DNA of 64,000 nucleotides from assembly GCA_029775855.1 (NCBI GenBank), contig JARVJZ010000006.1, forward strand, positions 12,353-76,352, written 5' to 3'. How positions within the stretch are numbered: the first letter of the stretch is position 1; each line of letters opens with the position of its first letter. The position numbers and the translations under genes are program-made. Origin of the DNA: Nitrososphaeria archaeon (GTDB lineage Archaea; Thermoproteota; Nitrososphaeria; Nitrososphaerales; JAAOZN01). Of the stretch, positions 27,805 through 37,842 are shown piece after piece. The notes beneath the pieces were generated by a model, which was given only the letters and a program-made list of their open reading frames with translations, made no database searches and was not told where the DNA came from.

Positions 27805-29115
27805 GTGGTGTTAGATAAAGTCTTTAGGCAGTATGATGTTAGAGGCGAATATCCCTCTGAGATAAACGAAAACTTTGCTGAGAAGCTTGGTAGAGCTACT
27901 GCAGACTACATAGGTAATAGCGGGAGTGTAGTAGTTGGATGTGATTTAAGACCTTCAAGCAGCAGACTTAAAGACGCTTTGATCTTAGGGTTGAATAATG
28001 GTGGTGTAAACACATTAGATGTGTCTCCTTGCACAACAGACATGCTCACATATACAACCATAACCTACAAACCAGATCTTGCAATAATGGTTACAGCATC
28101 TCATCTCCCCCTTAAATATAATGGCTTCAAGTATGTGTCGAGTCAAGGCGTGTATCTATCAGAAGGCGAACGCTCTAAGATCAAGGGCATTCTAGCTTCT
28201 GGTGCATTTAAGAAAGGTGTTGGAAGCAGAGAGCAGCTCGATATACTCGAAAGATACCTTAAAACAATGAAGAGGCTTATGAGTTGGAGCAGCAGCACCC
28301 TCTCAGGAACCAAAATAGCAGCATACCCTATGTGTGGCACAGCCAAACTAACGGTTCCTAGGCTGCTTGAGGAGCTTGGGGCTAAAGTGCATCTCTTATC
28401 GAATGTAGCAGAAGATCCAGAGCCTCGTGAAGATAACACCGCAGTTCTACGTGAAGCTGTTTTAGCGGAAGGAGCTCTAATAGGTGTGGTCAATGATGGT
28501 GATGGAGATAGGCTCGCTGCAAGAAACCACGATGGCAGCTACATAACGGGCGACCAACTCCTATGTATCTTCTCAAAAATCTACACTAAATTAGGTAAAG
28601 TGGTAGTTACAATAGATTCATCTTCAGCGATCTTCGAATATGTTGGAAGAGATCTAATAGTCAGCAAAGTAGGCGAAGCTAACTATGTTGTTGATGCAGT
28701 AAAAAACGGCGCCGTATTTGGAGGCGAACCTTCTGGACACTTTGTAGACTTAAGATTCACACCATCAGGCTCAGGTACACTCTTCGCAGCACTTTTGGCT
28801 GAGCTTGCTAAACAAGGAGATCTCTCAAAGATGCTTACTGAAATACCGAGGTTCTACACCTATAGAGTGAAGGTGGAATGTAGAGACCGTCTCGAGACTA
28901 TGGCTATGGTTGAAAAGGAAATAGAAAAGGTAGCTGGTGTTGAAATCTTATCTAAGATTGACGGCGTAAAATATAGAGTTAAAGGCGCTACTGTGCTGAT
29001 TCGCCCCTCAAATACCGAGCAAGTTGTGCGTGCTACAGTTGAATCTAAGAGCGATGATGAAGCAAAATATATGCTTGCAGAAGTTAAGAGGATGCTTGAG
29101 AGACTCAGCTCTTAA
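27805..29115 (+). CDS. Phosphohexomutase (phosphoglucomutase / phosphomannomutase / GlmM family)
   Basis: Active-site loop TASHLP, metal loop NDGDGDRLA, sugar loop GGEPSGH. 436 aa. Substrate not assignable by eye. Confidence 0.85.
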   Translation: MVLDKVFRQYDVRGEYPSEINENFAEKLGRATADYIGNSGSVVVGCDLRPSSSRLKDALILGLNNGGVNTLDVSPCTTDMLTYTTITYKPDLAIMVTASHLPLKYNGFKYVSSQGVYLSEGERSKIKGILASGAFKKGVGSREQLDILERYLKTMKRLMSWSSSTLSGTKIAAYPMCGTAKLTVPRLLEELGAKVHLLSNVAEDPEPREDNTAVLREAVLAEGALIGVVNDGDGDRLAARNHDGSYITGDQLLCIFSKIYTKLGKVVVTIDSSSAIFEYVGRDLIVSKVGEANYVVDAVKNGAVFGGEPSGHFVDLRFTPSGSGTLFAALLAELAKQGDLSKMLTEIPRFYTYRVKVECRDRLETMAMVEKEIEKVAGVEILSKIDGVKYRVKGATVLIRPSNTEQVVRATVESKSDDEAKYMLAEVKRMLERLSS

Positions 29116-30169
29116 CCCTCAGCTTCCCCTCTCTAACAATCCTTACAACATCATCTAGCGTTATGCGCTCAGATACTGGTTTGGTTATGTGAGCTGCTGC
29201 AACCGCATTAGCCAAAAAGATTCGTTCTGCGTAGGATAGATCAAGTATTAATCCTAGTATGTATCCAGCATTCCAGCAGTCTCCAGCGCCAGTAGCCTTT
29301 TGTGGTTTTACATCAAAGGTTGGTATACTTGTCGCTTCACCCTTTATGTTATGTGAGGATAATTCTGCGGTATGCAAGAGTATTTCGCCTTCAAATCTTT
29401 TGGATATGTAGGCTGCTAATTCAGAGCGATCTTCGCTCTCGCATCCTAAAGTCTTTCCAACCCAGTACGCTTCATTTTCATTTAGACCCAATCCACCTAT
29501 CTTTCCTACTTTACACAACCCTTCACATAGTGTCTTCAATTCATCTATTCTGCTCGAGGGGTCACCTATATCTATGAATAGGTAGCCGAAATCATTTCTG
29601 CCAACAACTTTAGCCACTTGGAGAAAGAGTTCTGTACCAAACTTATTCTGGCACCAATTAAATACGCAAACATAATCCGCATCTTCTAGTAGTTTAAGGT
29701 CTTCTTCATCAAGCTTATTTGCATCAAAATCCTTTAGTCCTCCAGCATCCCCAATCATCACATTCACCAGCCTACCACTCAGATTCATTTCAACTATGCT
29801 TGAAGTAGAGAGGTGTGAATCTACCTTAACGTGTGTAAGGTCAACCTTTAACCCTTCAAGGAAATGTTGTAAGCACATCTTCCCAAAAGGGCTGGTTCTA
29901 GCAATCAGATAGACCTTTGAACCTAGACGCGCTAATGTATCAGCAAAGTTAGAAGCGTTTCCACCAAGAGTATATTGCTGGGGTATGTCGATGATGTTGC
30001 CGCCTCCTTGCTGCGCAATCCTCTTAACATCTTCTACAAAACGTTCCACCCCATATGGATACCTTACTATGTGATCTAGGTAGAAGTCTGGTAAGGCGAC
30101 TACGCTCTTACTAGGTCGAGGAGCTAAAAGGGCTTCAACCACTCTACCTCTGTCTATTTGCTCACTCAA
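29105..30169 (-). CDS. PfkB-family carbohydrate/nucleoside kinase
   Basis: C-terminal TGAGDCWNAG anion-hole motif and GGNASN N-terminal motif. The start overlaps the Nudix gene stop. Confidence 0.8.
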   Translation of the reverse strand: MSEQIDRGRVVEALLAPRPSKSVVALPDFYLDHIVRYPYGVERFVEDVKRIAQQGGGNIIDIPQQYTLGGNASNFADTLARLGSKVYLIARTSPFGKMCLQHFLEGLKVDLTHVKVDSHLSTSSIVEMNLSGRLVNVMIGDAGGLKDFDANKLDEEDLKLLEDADYVCVFNWCQNKFGTELFLQVAKVVGRNDFGYLFIDIGDPSSRIDELKTLCEGLCKVGKIGGLGLNENEAYWVGKTLGCESEDRSELAAYISKRFEGEILLHTAELSSHNIKGEATSIPTFDVKPQKATGAGDCWNAGYILGLILDLSYAERIFLANAVAAAHITKPVSERITLDDVVRIVREGKLRVKS

Positions 30170-30606
30170 CTTCTTTTCTTAGGTTTGAGAAAACCTATCT
30201 TCTTTAAAAGGTGTCTGGAGGTTTTTGTGAGGTTAAGTTTAGACGCTTCCTCTGGTGTGAACCACCCAATATCCAAAACTTCCTCATTACCCTTCAGCAC
30301 ACCTCCTTTAGGTGCAGCAAGGTAATCTGAAAGTATATAATGAAAACGTATACGACCGTCCTTATCGCGTGTAATATTATCTACAACATCGATTAGCTTG
30401 ATAAGCTTGATCTCTAAGCCGACTTCTTCTAAGATCTCGCGTTTTACAGCATCTTTCACTCGTTCTCCTAGTTCAACGAGCCCTCCTGGGATTGACCATT
30501 TCTCTCTGCTTGGCTCAAACCTTCTTTTGACGAGAAGCACGCGTCCATCCTTCTTTATTACGGCACCTACTGCTGCGAACGGTCTTTCCGGATATTCCCT
30601 CTTCAA
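30166..30606 (-). CDS. NUDIX hydrolase
   Basis: Nudix box GGLVELGERVKDAVKREILEEVGL. Confidence 0.85.
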   Translation of the reverse strand: MKREYPERPFAAVGAVIKKDGRVLLVKRRFEPSREKWSIPGGLVELGERVKDAVKREILEEVGLEIKLIKLIDVVDNITRDKDGRIRFHYILSDYLAAPKGGVLKGNEEVLDIGWFTPEEASKLNLTKTSRHLLKKIGFLKPKKRS

Positions 30607-30607
30607 C

Positions 30608-31420
30608 CTACTTCCTCTCTACCTTCCCGCCTGCCTCAACAATGTATTGGGTGAGCTCGCTAATTACTTCTTCTACTAAAGATTTAGCTTTAAGATCTGA
30701 GTTCTGCGAGGTGGATATGTAGAGTTCCAGCTTGGGTTCGGAGCCTTCGAATCCTTTAGGGTGGCTCTTTACATAGATATTCTTATGCTTAGCAACCACT
30801 TTATCTAAGAAGGGCGCAAGTGATGACTCGGGTAGACCTCTAACCTCTAAACTACTTTCTGCTGCAAAAAGGTCGCCAAGCAGCTGCTTAATGTGAGGAG
30901 AAACACTCTCAACGAATATAGCTTTTAGTTCAGACGGCACTCCAGGTAAACAGAATATTTTAGAGCCTTTATACTCTATCATAACCGCTGGCGCTGTGCC
31001 TATTGGGTTTCTAAGTGGTATGCTTTTGGCTGGTAAGGTAGCCATCTTAACTCGCGGTGGAGTGAGCTCGAATTTCTCAAGAATGCCTTGCTCGACCATC
31101 TTCCTATACTTAGCCTCTATTTGCGTTAATGCTTCTTGGTTGACTTCAAGCCTTCTTCTGAGAGCCTTGCTTAACCCTTCAAGCGTCTTATCATCGTAGG
31201 TCGGCCCTAGGCCTCCGCTTATTATCAGAAGGTTTGTGCGCCGCTTTAACGCTTCTTTAACCGCTTCAGCTATGCATTCTACATCGTCTCCGACTACAGT
31301 ATGCCTAGCCACAAAACCACCAAACTTATGTATTTCTTCTGAAAGCCATTGAGCGTTAGTATTCAAGATCTTTCCAATAAGAAGCTCATTCCCAACACAT
31401 ATTATCTCTATTCTAGGCAA
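30608..31420 (-). CDS. CinA-N / COG1058 MoCF-binding-fold protein (pyrophosphatase family)
   Basis: IEIICVGNELLIGKILNTNAQWLSEEI and ISGGLGPTYDDKT are typical of the CinA N-terminal (MoaB/Mog-like) domain. Confidence 0.8.
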   Translation of the reverse strand: MPRIEIICVGNELLIGKILNTNAQWLSEEIHKFGGFVARHTVVGDDVECIAEAVKEALKRRTNLLIISGGLGPTYDDKTLEGLSKALRRRLEVNQEALTQIEAKYRKMVEQGILEKFELTPPRVKMATLPAKSIPLRNPIGTAPAVMIEYKGSKIFCLPGVPSELKAIFVESVSPHIKQLLGDLFAAESSLEVRGLPESSLAPFLDKVVAKHKNIYVKSHPKGFEGSEPKLELYISTSQNSDLKAKSLVEEVISELTQYIVEAGGKVERK

Positions 31421-31492
31421 ATAGGCTCACATGGTTGATTCTTAAGTCAACGATTTAAGGATAGGTGTCGATGCCATAGATGAGCAGAGAGA

Positions 31493-32248
31493 TTGCACAC
31501 CATATTTGTGGTCGGCACAGCTGGAAGCGGAAAGTCTCTACTAACCTTGAACCTTGCTGAATGGTATAAGAGCAAGGGTGCACACAGCATAACAGTAAAT
31601 CTTGATCCAGGTGCTCTGAACCTACCTTATGAGCCTGATGTTGATGTCAGAGAGTACATTGATCTTCAGCAGGTGATGGAGATCTACGGCTTAGGGCCTA
31701 ATGGTGCTATGATACTTTCTTGTGACCTTATAGCTACCAAACTAAGCGAGCTGCAAGAGGATATAGATGAACTTACACCTGATTACGCAATAATCGATAC
31801 ACCCGGTCAGATGGAGCTCTTCGCATATAGGGAAAGCGGCCCGTTTATTCTCAAGAATATTAGGGCTGATAGTAAGGCGGTCCTTTTTTTGTTTGATGGT
31901 GTGCTGGTCTCTAACCCCGTTAACTTGGTTTCTATGATGCTGTTGGCTACATCCGTTCAGCTTAGGCTTGCAAGCCCACAGATTCCTGTGTTGACTAAGA
32001 AGGATCTTGTGAAGAATGTTAGAGATGTTGTTGAGTGGTCTTCTAACCCTACTGCGTTAGAGGCTGCGGTATATAGTAGTTCGCCTTCTATTGAATCTCT
32101 TCTGAGTAGAGGAATACTAAAGAGCGTAGTGAGATTGGGCTTCGGATACAATCTCATACCAGTATCCTCAGTCACATTAGATGGGATGCTTAACTTGGCA
32201 GCGGCATTGTCAAGAATACTAAGGGCTGGGGAGGAAGTAGAAGACTAG
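31493..32248 (+). CDS. GPN-loop GTPase
   Basis: P-loop GTAGSGKS, the name-giving GPNG motif (YGLGPNGAM) and DTPGQMELF. Confidence 0.85.
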   Translation: MHTIFVVGTAGSGKSLLTLNLAEWYKSKGAHSITVNLDPGALNLPYEPDVDVREYIDLQQVMEIYGLGPNGAMILSCDLIATKLSELQEDIDELTPDYAIIDTPGQMELFAYRESGPFILKNIRADSKAVLFLFDGVLVSNPVNLVSMMLLATSVQLRLASPQIPVLTKKDLVKNVRDVVEWSSNPTALEAAVYSSSPSIESLLSRGILKSVVRLGFGYNLIPVSSVTLDGMLNLAAALSRILRAGEEVED

Positions 32249-33225
32249 GCTCTGTCAGTAAACCTTCTAACCCTATCAACCAGCAAAGATTCCTCTAAAA
32301 TCTGCACAGAACCAGCGTAGAAAGGTGATGTGACTATCTTTGCAAAAGGAAGAAGATGACGAAGGTCTTTAAGTATCTGTTCAACTCTGTTAACTGCAAC
32401 TACCGAATGAACCGCTCTTCCAATCATATTTTGTGCAGCACCCTCTGCGCCTCTCCTTTGAATATAATGTGCAAGGTCAAGCAGATCTCTAGTAGCTATT
32501 CCTGTTTTTTCGGCGAAGAGCAGACTCTGCTTAAGTAGGTTAACGGGTGTGGGTTCGTCGAGAATCGCTTCAAGCACCCTTCTACCCCACTTATTCACAA
32601 TCTTTTTACGCATCTTAGAAGACAGAATTGAGGCTTTATCTACAGCACCAAAGACTACACTAACAAACACATATTCATGAGAGTCAAAATCAAAGAGTCT
32701 AACAGCACCCAATGAGGGCGCACCTGGCTCAGTAACTAGACCAACACTCCCTCCCTCAGAGGCTGCCGCTATGACTGTTCCTAATCCTGTGAGACTCTTA
32801 ACTTCAGCTATATGCGCCAGATCTGCGGCGTAAGCCCTATCTCTTACACCTAACATATCTTGTATAGCGATTATGGTTCCTAAAGCTCCTGCTGCACTTG
32901 TGCCAAAACCGCATCCTATAGGCACATCCACTTTATGCCTTATACACACATAGCCTTGAAAACCATAGGTTTGACGCGCTAACCTTATTGCTTCTAGGCT
33001 TGTTTTGGCTTCTGGTGTTAGTCGACTATTTATGTATACTTCGTCTTGAGTTGTTTGCCCTATTGTGGCTTGAGTAGTTACGCCTTTTGAAATTCTGAAT
33101 CCTCCGCCTCTTGCACCAACTTTAAGTGGGTCTTCGATTTTGTTGCCTTCTTGATCCTCATCGCAGACTTCAAAGAAGCTTGATACGGCTGAGGGTACAA
33201 ATATGCTTCTAGAAGAGAGACTCAT
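32245..33225 (-). CDS. GHMP-superfamily kinase, pantoate-kinase-like (archaeal CoA pathway)
   Basis: GHMP motif PIGCGFGTSAAGALG. N-terminal SSFFEV...GARGGGFRISKGVTT resembles the COG1829 pattern. Specificity is inferred. Confidence 0.55.
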   Translation of the reverse strand: MSLSSRSIFVPSAVSSFFEVCDEDQEGNKIEDPLKVGARGGGFRISKGVTTQATIGQTTQDEVYINSRLTPEAKTSLEAIRLARQTYGFQGYVCIRHKVDVPIGCGFGTSAAGALGTIIAIQDMLGVRDRAYAADLAHIAEVKSLTGLGTVIAAASEGGSVGLVTEPGAPSLGAVRLFDFDSHEYVFVSVVFGAVDKASILSSKMRKKIVNKWGRRVLEAILDEPTPVNLLKQSLLFAEKTGIATRDLLDLAHYIQRRGAEGAAQNMIGRAVHSVVAVNRVEQILKDLRHLLPFAKIVTSPFYAGSVQILEESLLVDRVRRFTDRA

Positions 33226-33237
33226 GCAACACCACTT

Positions 33238-34026
33238 TTATGTTTTTGCGAGCAGCGTAGCTAGTGGACCGAAGATTACCGTAGTTATGGCTGTGACCGC
33301 TGTCAGAGACTTTATGAGGAAGGTGTTCAAAGGCACCTTTACAGTAGCGAAGAGTAAGTCCCCCCACGGAGTAAGCACTAAGATCGCAGATATCGCAGCA
33401 AATACCGCAGCAACCGCTAATGAGTCTTTCAAGGTGGTCGATGGCGATACAGCCCTCCACTTTAACCATAAGCCTGTGGTTAGGCTGCTTAACCTAGATT
33501 TGGATACAGCCTTCACCAGAGGTGGAATTATAGCGAGCACGAAAGGTAGCATTGTGGTTATCCAGAATAGTGTTAGACCCAAGGTTGTTGCTAACTGCAC
33601 ATCAAAAGGCCAAAAGGCGCCTAGAAAGGTTGATATGTAGAAGACGACTACTGAAGCTGCTATAAGATTACCTATGGTTAAGCCTATCAGAGAAGCCCAG
33701 AGGAAGAGCCGCCAACTACCCCACTTGTGAAGCAGCCAACCTAAAAAGTAGAAGCCTACAAAGTTAGCCGGCACACCAGCAATAAGGCTGAGGAAAGGGT
33801 TGGTTAACCCAAAGGTTGATAGATAAAGATCCCCTACAAACACACCAATCCCTCCTCCTAAAGCACCTACAAGAGGCCCATAAAGTATAGCAAAGAAAGC
33901 GGGCACGACAACTCCAGGCGCAAACTGCCCTATACCCCAAGGTGTGGGGATAAATGCTGTTGCGGCTTTGGCTACCGCGTAGAGAGCTGCGCAGAGAGCT
34001 GCTGCTGTGATTTCTTGAACCCTCAA
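33238..34026 (-). CDS. Polytopic membrane protein, ECF S-component-like
   Basis: 262 aa, 6-7 TM helices, Gly-rich (LVGALGGGIGVFVGDLY). No specific family recognised. Confidence 0.35.
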   Translation of the reverse strand: MRVQEITAAALCAALYAVAKAATAFIPTPWGIGQFAPGVVVPAFFAILYGPLVGALGGGIGVFVGDLYLSTFGLTNPFLSLIAGVPANFVGFYFLGWLLHKWGSWRLFLWASLIGLTIGNLIAASVVVFYISTFLGAFWPFDVQLATTLGLTLFWITTMLPFVLAIIPPLVKAVSKSRLSSLTTGLWLKWRAVSPSTTLKDSLAVAAVFAAISAILVLTPWGDLLFATVKVPLNTFLIKSLTAVTAITTVIFGPLATLLAKT

Positions 34027-34136
34027 TTTTTCTATTTAAAAGGGGGCGAATATTTGCTTAATTAGTATATTCTTAAGAGAGTTTAAAGATGTAAATAGAC
34101 GACAAGAGAGCGGATATTTTATATTTCAGCTTACAG

Positions 34137-34640
34137 TTGAGTATTCGTGTGGTTAAGTTGGAGTTAAAGGTTGTGCCAATAAAGATGCCTGAAGGCATTA
34201 ACATCATAATTGGCCAGAGCCACTTCATAAAAACGGTAGAAGACCTATACGAAACCTTAGCCTCCAGCAGCACATCAATAAGATTTGGATTAGCATTCTG
34301 CGAATCAAGCGGCCCCGCGTTAATAAGGTATGATGGTAATGATAAAGATCTTACGGCGAAGGCTGTTGAAGTAGCTTCGCAGATAGCGTGCGGACATGTA
34401 TTCGTTATACTGTTAGCTGACGCCTACCCAATAAATGTGTTAAACAGAGTTAAGATGGTTGAAGAGGTCACATCGATCTACTGCGCAACAGCCAATCCTG
34501 TGGAAGTGGTAGTTGCAGAGACAGAGCAGGGAAGAGGTATACTTGGGGTAATAGATGGCGTAAAACCAAAGGGTGTGGAGAGCGAGGAAGACAAAGAAAA
34601 GCGCAAAGCCTTTCTAAGAAGAATAGGTTATAAGAGGTAG
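34137..34640 (+). CDS. Adenosine-specific kinase family protein (PF04008-like)
   Basis: [17 protein letters not shown]...[20 protein letters not shown]...[16 protein letters not shown] matches my recollection of this archaeal family. Confidence 0.65.
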   Translation: MSIRVVKLELKVVPIKMPEGINIIIGQSHFIKTVEDLYETLASSSTSIRFGLAFCESSGPALIRYDGNDKDLTAKAVEVASQIACGHVFVILLADAYPINVLNRVKMVEEVTSIYCATANPVEVVVAETEQGRGILGVIDGVKPKGVESEEDKEKRKAFLRRIGYKR

Positions 34641-34644
34641 AAGG

Positions 34645-34965
34645 TTGAGCGGAGAAAAGCGTCTAACTATAATAGCTGAAATAAGTGTCTTCCCTGTCAG
34701 TGAAGGAACTAGCCTAAGCCCATATGTTAAGAAAGCAGTCGAAGCTATAAGTAGTGTGGAGGGGCTTAGATTTCAAGTTACACCGATGGGCACTATATTG
34801 GAGGCTACGAGCCTTGAGCAGATACTAGAGGCGTTTAAGCGTGCACATAAAGCGGTTAAAGAAGCTGGTGCTAAAAGAATAGTTGCGCAGCTAAAGGTAG
34901 ATGATAGGTTAGATAAACCCAGAAGGATGGAGGATAAAGTTAAGGCGGTCTTAGAAACACTTTAA
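34645..34965 (+). CDS. MTH1187/YkoF-family (UPF0045) small ligand-binding protein
   Basis: 106 aa. IAEISVFPVSEGTSLSPYVKKAVEAI...FQVTPMGTILE is typical of the family. Confidence 0.7.
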   Translation: MSGEKRLTIIAEISVFPVSEGTSLSPYVKKAVEAISSVEGLRFQVTPMGTILEATSLEQILEAFKRAHKAVKEAGAKRIVAQLKVDDRLDKPRRMEDKVKAVLETL

Positions 34966-35047
34966 TTCACAGGAGACAAACCCCTTAAAATAGAGCATGC
35001 ATTGAACCAACCTAAAGTGTTAAAAAATGAAGTAAAGGTGTTAAGCT

Positions 35048-35680
35048 TTGGGCTACCATCCGGCTAGAAGCGCAATTATAGCTGCGTGGGGGAAAGAGGA
35101 GGATAAGCTTCCTAAGAGGTTCTTTCAACCAGAAGAAGAAAGCACTGTGCTTGAATATTTACTTGACGCTGTATGGACTGTAGCTGACTCTATATATGTG
35201 ATCTTCAAAAAGGAGCCAAACCTTAAGCTGATAGAAGCTATCTCAACTTTTGGTGTTAAGATCATAATTGAGAACCAAACCCCCTCTATAATCTCAAGCC
35301 TCTTGATGGGGTTCAAAGCAACCAGGAGCGAATACTGCTTAGTCCTTAGAGAAAATACACCGTTCCTTAAACCAAGTGTATTGCATATGCTCTTTGAAGC
35401 CGCAAAAGGTTATGATGCAGCTTTGCCGCGTTGGTCTAATGGTAAATTGGAGCCGTTTTTAGCGGTGTACCGTAGAAAGAGCTTTATGGCTGTAGCATCT
35501 AAGCTTCAAGATCGTGATGAACTTCTCTCACTTGTAGATAATCTTTACTCAATAAGATATGTTGATGTCGAAACCGAGATCAAACCGCTTGACCCAGATT
35601 TCGAATCTTTCTTCGCCATAGAGAGCGTAGATGATTTGGCTAAAGCAAAAGAAAAGGTCACTTTGAAATATAAGATCTAA
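35048..35680 (+). CDS. MobA-like nucleotidyltransferase-fold protein with a divergent N-terminal motif
   Basis: Size and layout fit NTP_transf_3. The usual LAGG(x)SxRMG loop reads AIIAAWGKEEDKLPKRF, so function is uncertain. TTG start. Confidence 0.4.
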   Translation: MGYHPARSAIIAAWGKEEDKLPKRFFQPEEESTVLEYLLDAVWTVADSIYVIFKKEPNLKLIEAISTFGVKIIIENQTPSIISSLLMGFKATRSEYCLVLRENTPFLKPSVLHMLFEAAKGYDAALPRWSNGKLEPFLAVYRRKSFMAVASKLQDRDELLSLVDNLYSIRYVDVETEIKPLDPDFESFFAIESVDDLAKAKEKVTLKYKI

Positions 35681-35701
35681 CATTAAAATGTTTAGAGACG
35701 A

Positions 35702-36688
35702 TTGGGCGACATAGGAATATACTATGGCGAGGAACTCCTCCAATACGCTTTTCCTAATGGACATAAGTTCAATAAAGAGCGTGTTAAATCTTTTTGGGAA
35801 GCGGTTCAAATTCTTGGGTTGCTGGAAAGAAGAGAGGTTAGGGTGCTTAAACCCGCCTTAGCTTCTACAGACATCTTAGAACTCTTTCATACAAAAGAGC
35901 ACATAGAGTTTGTTAAGAAGATGTCAGAGGTTGGCTCTGGGCTTCTTGACTACGGGGATACACCAGCCTTTAAAGGAGTCTTTGAAGCTGCTAGCTATGT
36001 TGTGGGCTCTGTTGTAGACGCTGTTGATAGAGTAATGTTAGGAGAAGTAGAACACTGCTTCATACCAGTAGCGGGGTTGCACCACGCAAGAAGAGATAGA
36101 GCAGCGGGCTTCTGCGTCTTCAACGACATAGGTGTAGCTATCGTCTATGCGAAGAAAAAGTATGGGCTTAATAGAATACTATATGTTGATATAGATGCGC
36201 ATCACGGTGACGGGGTATTCTACGAATTCTATGACGATCCAATGGTGTGGATAGCTGACATACATGAAGATGGCCGCTACCTCTACCCAGGTACTGGATT
36301 TAGAGAGGAAACAGGTTCGCCACACGCACCAAACACCAAACTGAACATACCACTACCGCCTGGCGCAACCGACAGGGAATTCATTGAAGCGTTTAAAGAA
36401 GTTGAAGAATTCGCACGGAGAGCTGAACCTCAACTCATCTTTTTCCAATGTGGCGCAGACGGGTTAGAAGGCGATCCTATAACTCACTTAAGATACACCT
36501 ATAGGGCGCATAGACACGCTGCTGAGAGATTACATGAAGTAGCTCATATTTTATGCAAAGGGAGAATTATCGCAACAGGAGGCGGAGGGTATAATGAGAA
36601 TAACACAGCCGCTGCTTGGAATGCAGTACTTATGGGCTTCCTAGGGCCTAGGTGGGATATGCCTACTTCTCCAGGCTATATGCTATAG
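35702..36688 (+). CDS. Histone deacetylase-family amidohydrolase (AcuC / acetylpolyamine amidohydrolase-like)
   Basis: HHARRDRAAGFCVFND and DIDAHHGDG zinc-site motifs. Confidence 0.85.
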   Translation: MGDIGIYYGEELLQYAFPNGHKFNKERVKSFWEAVQILGLLERREVRVLKPALASTDILELFHTKEHIEFVKKMSEVGSGLLDYGDTPAFKGVFEAASYVVGSVVDAVDRVMLGEVEHCFIPVAGLHHARRDRAAGFCVFNDIGVAIVYAKKKYGLNRILYVDIDAHHGDGVFYEFYDDPMVWIADIHEDGRYLYPGTGFREETGSPHAPNTKLNIPLPPGATDREFIEAFKEVEEFARRAEPQLIFFQCGADGLEGDPITHLRYTYRAHRHAAERLHEVAHILCKGRIIATGGGGYNENNTAAAWNAVLMGFLGPRWDMPTSPGYML

Positions 36689-37798
36689 CCCCCATGCGTG
36701 GCTTAGAGACTCTAGTCTTTTTAAAGCGCCTCTAATCTGTTCTCTCTCCGCTTCAGATGATTCAAGGTAGCCTCTCAGTTTGCTTATCGTTTTATCCATT
36801 GTTCTTCGATCTACTGGATAAGGTACGCCGTCTTTGCCTCCGTGTGCGAATGTGAACTTCGCTGGATCTTTCCAAGATGGCGGTGAGCCATATATTAGCT
36901 GTGATACTAGGGCTAGGGCGCGTACTACTGCTGGTCCTACTCCTTGCACAGCTAAAAGTTCTTCGTAGTTCTTGGGTTGGATGTCATATAGTTTTTTGAA
37001 GAGGTTCCAGTCGAGTCTTCTCGGCATTTTGAAGATGGGAGTGGGTGTAGATGGCTTTTCTATTGAGAACCATTGATCTAATGTGTGCTGCCCGCTGAGT
37101 AGTCTTATGGAGCTGATAAGGTTCTCTGGGCTGCCTTTTACTAGGTCTACTGCCACACGCCTAGATTCTTCTGATTCTTTTGCTGTCATATCGAGAACCC
37201 TTGTTTCCAGCTTTGGGGCGGCTATGCCGCTGTGTGGCGTGCAAACGAAGCTTGCTAACTGTTTGCTAAGCCAGTGGTAGCGTCGTGCCAACTTATGCTC
37301 TACATTTAGGCCTTGCTGGATGATGCACCATTCGCCCTTTTCCGATATGAATAATGTGTGGTGGTATATTGGGTAGTTACACTGTATGGCTGCGGTGTCC
37401 ACTTTAGCTGCCATTCTGCTGCTGTATTTTAAGGCGTTTAGTTTATGTTCTGGCAGAGAGAGTTCTCCACCTATCTTTTCTATTTCTAACTGTGTCTTTA
37501 AAGCTGATTTCCCTTTGCCTCCAGCTACTTTGATACCATGCTCTTCGACTTTAAGCACATCTTTCAATACACCACATACAACTGTGGTTAAGCCTGAGGA
37601 ATGCCAGTCAAATCCTAACACGCAGCCAAAGGATTGAAACCAGAGGGGTGAGCTGAGCTTCTCTAAGATACCTGAAGCACCTTCTTCCCTATACATTACC
37701 TTTAGCATAGCGTCTGAGAGAGCCTTCATTCTAACTGTGAGCCACTTTGGCGCATGTCCATAGTGTAAGGGGAGGTAGACTACGCCGCTCTTCCTCAA
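36683..37798 (-). CDS. DUF763-family protein with a helix-hairpin-helix motif
   Basis: N-term GVVYLPLHYGHAPKWL is typical of DUF763. LLAVQGVGPAVVRALAL is an HhH-type GhG motif. Confidence 0.65.
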   Translation of the reverse strand: MRKSGVVYLPLHYGHAPKWLTVRMKALSDAMLKVMYREEGASGILEKLSSPLWFQSFGCVLGFDWHSSGLTTVVCGVLKDVLKVEEHGIKVAGGKGKSALKTQLEIEKIGGELSLPEHKLNALKYSSRMAAKVDTAAIQCNYPIYHHTLFISEKGEWCIIQQGLNVEHKLARRYHWLSKQLASFVCTPHSGIAAPKLETRVLDMTAKESEESRRVAVDLVKGSPENLISSIRLLSGQHTLDQWFSIEKPSTPTPIFKMPRRLDWNLFKKLYDIQPKNYEELLAVQGVGPAVVRALALVSQLIYGSPPSWKDPAKFTFAHGGKDGVPYPVDRRTMDKTISKLRGYLESSEAEREQIRGALKRLESLSHAWGL

Positions 37799-37842
37799 AT
37801 CATTCCTTCTAATAGTATGTTGCTCGAGTATTATAGTTGTTG

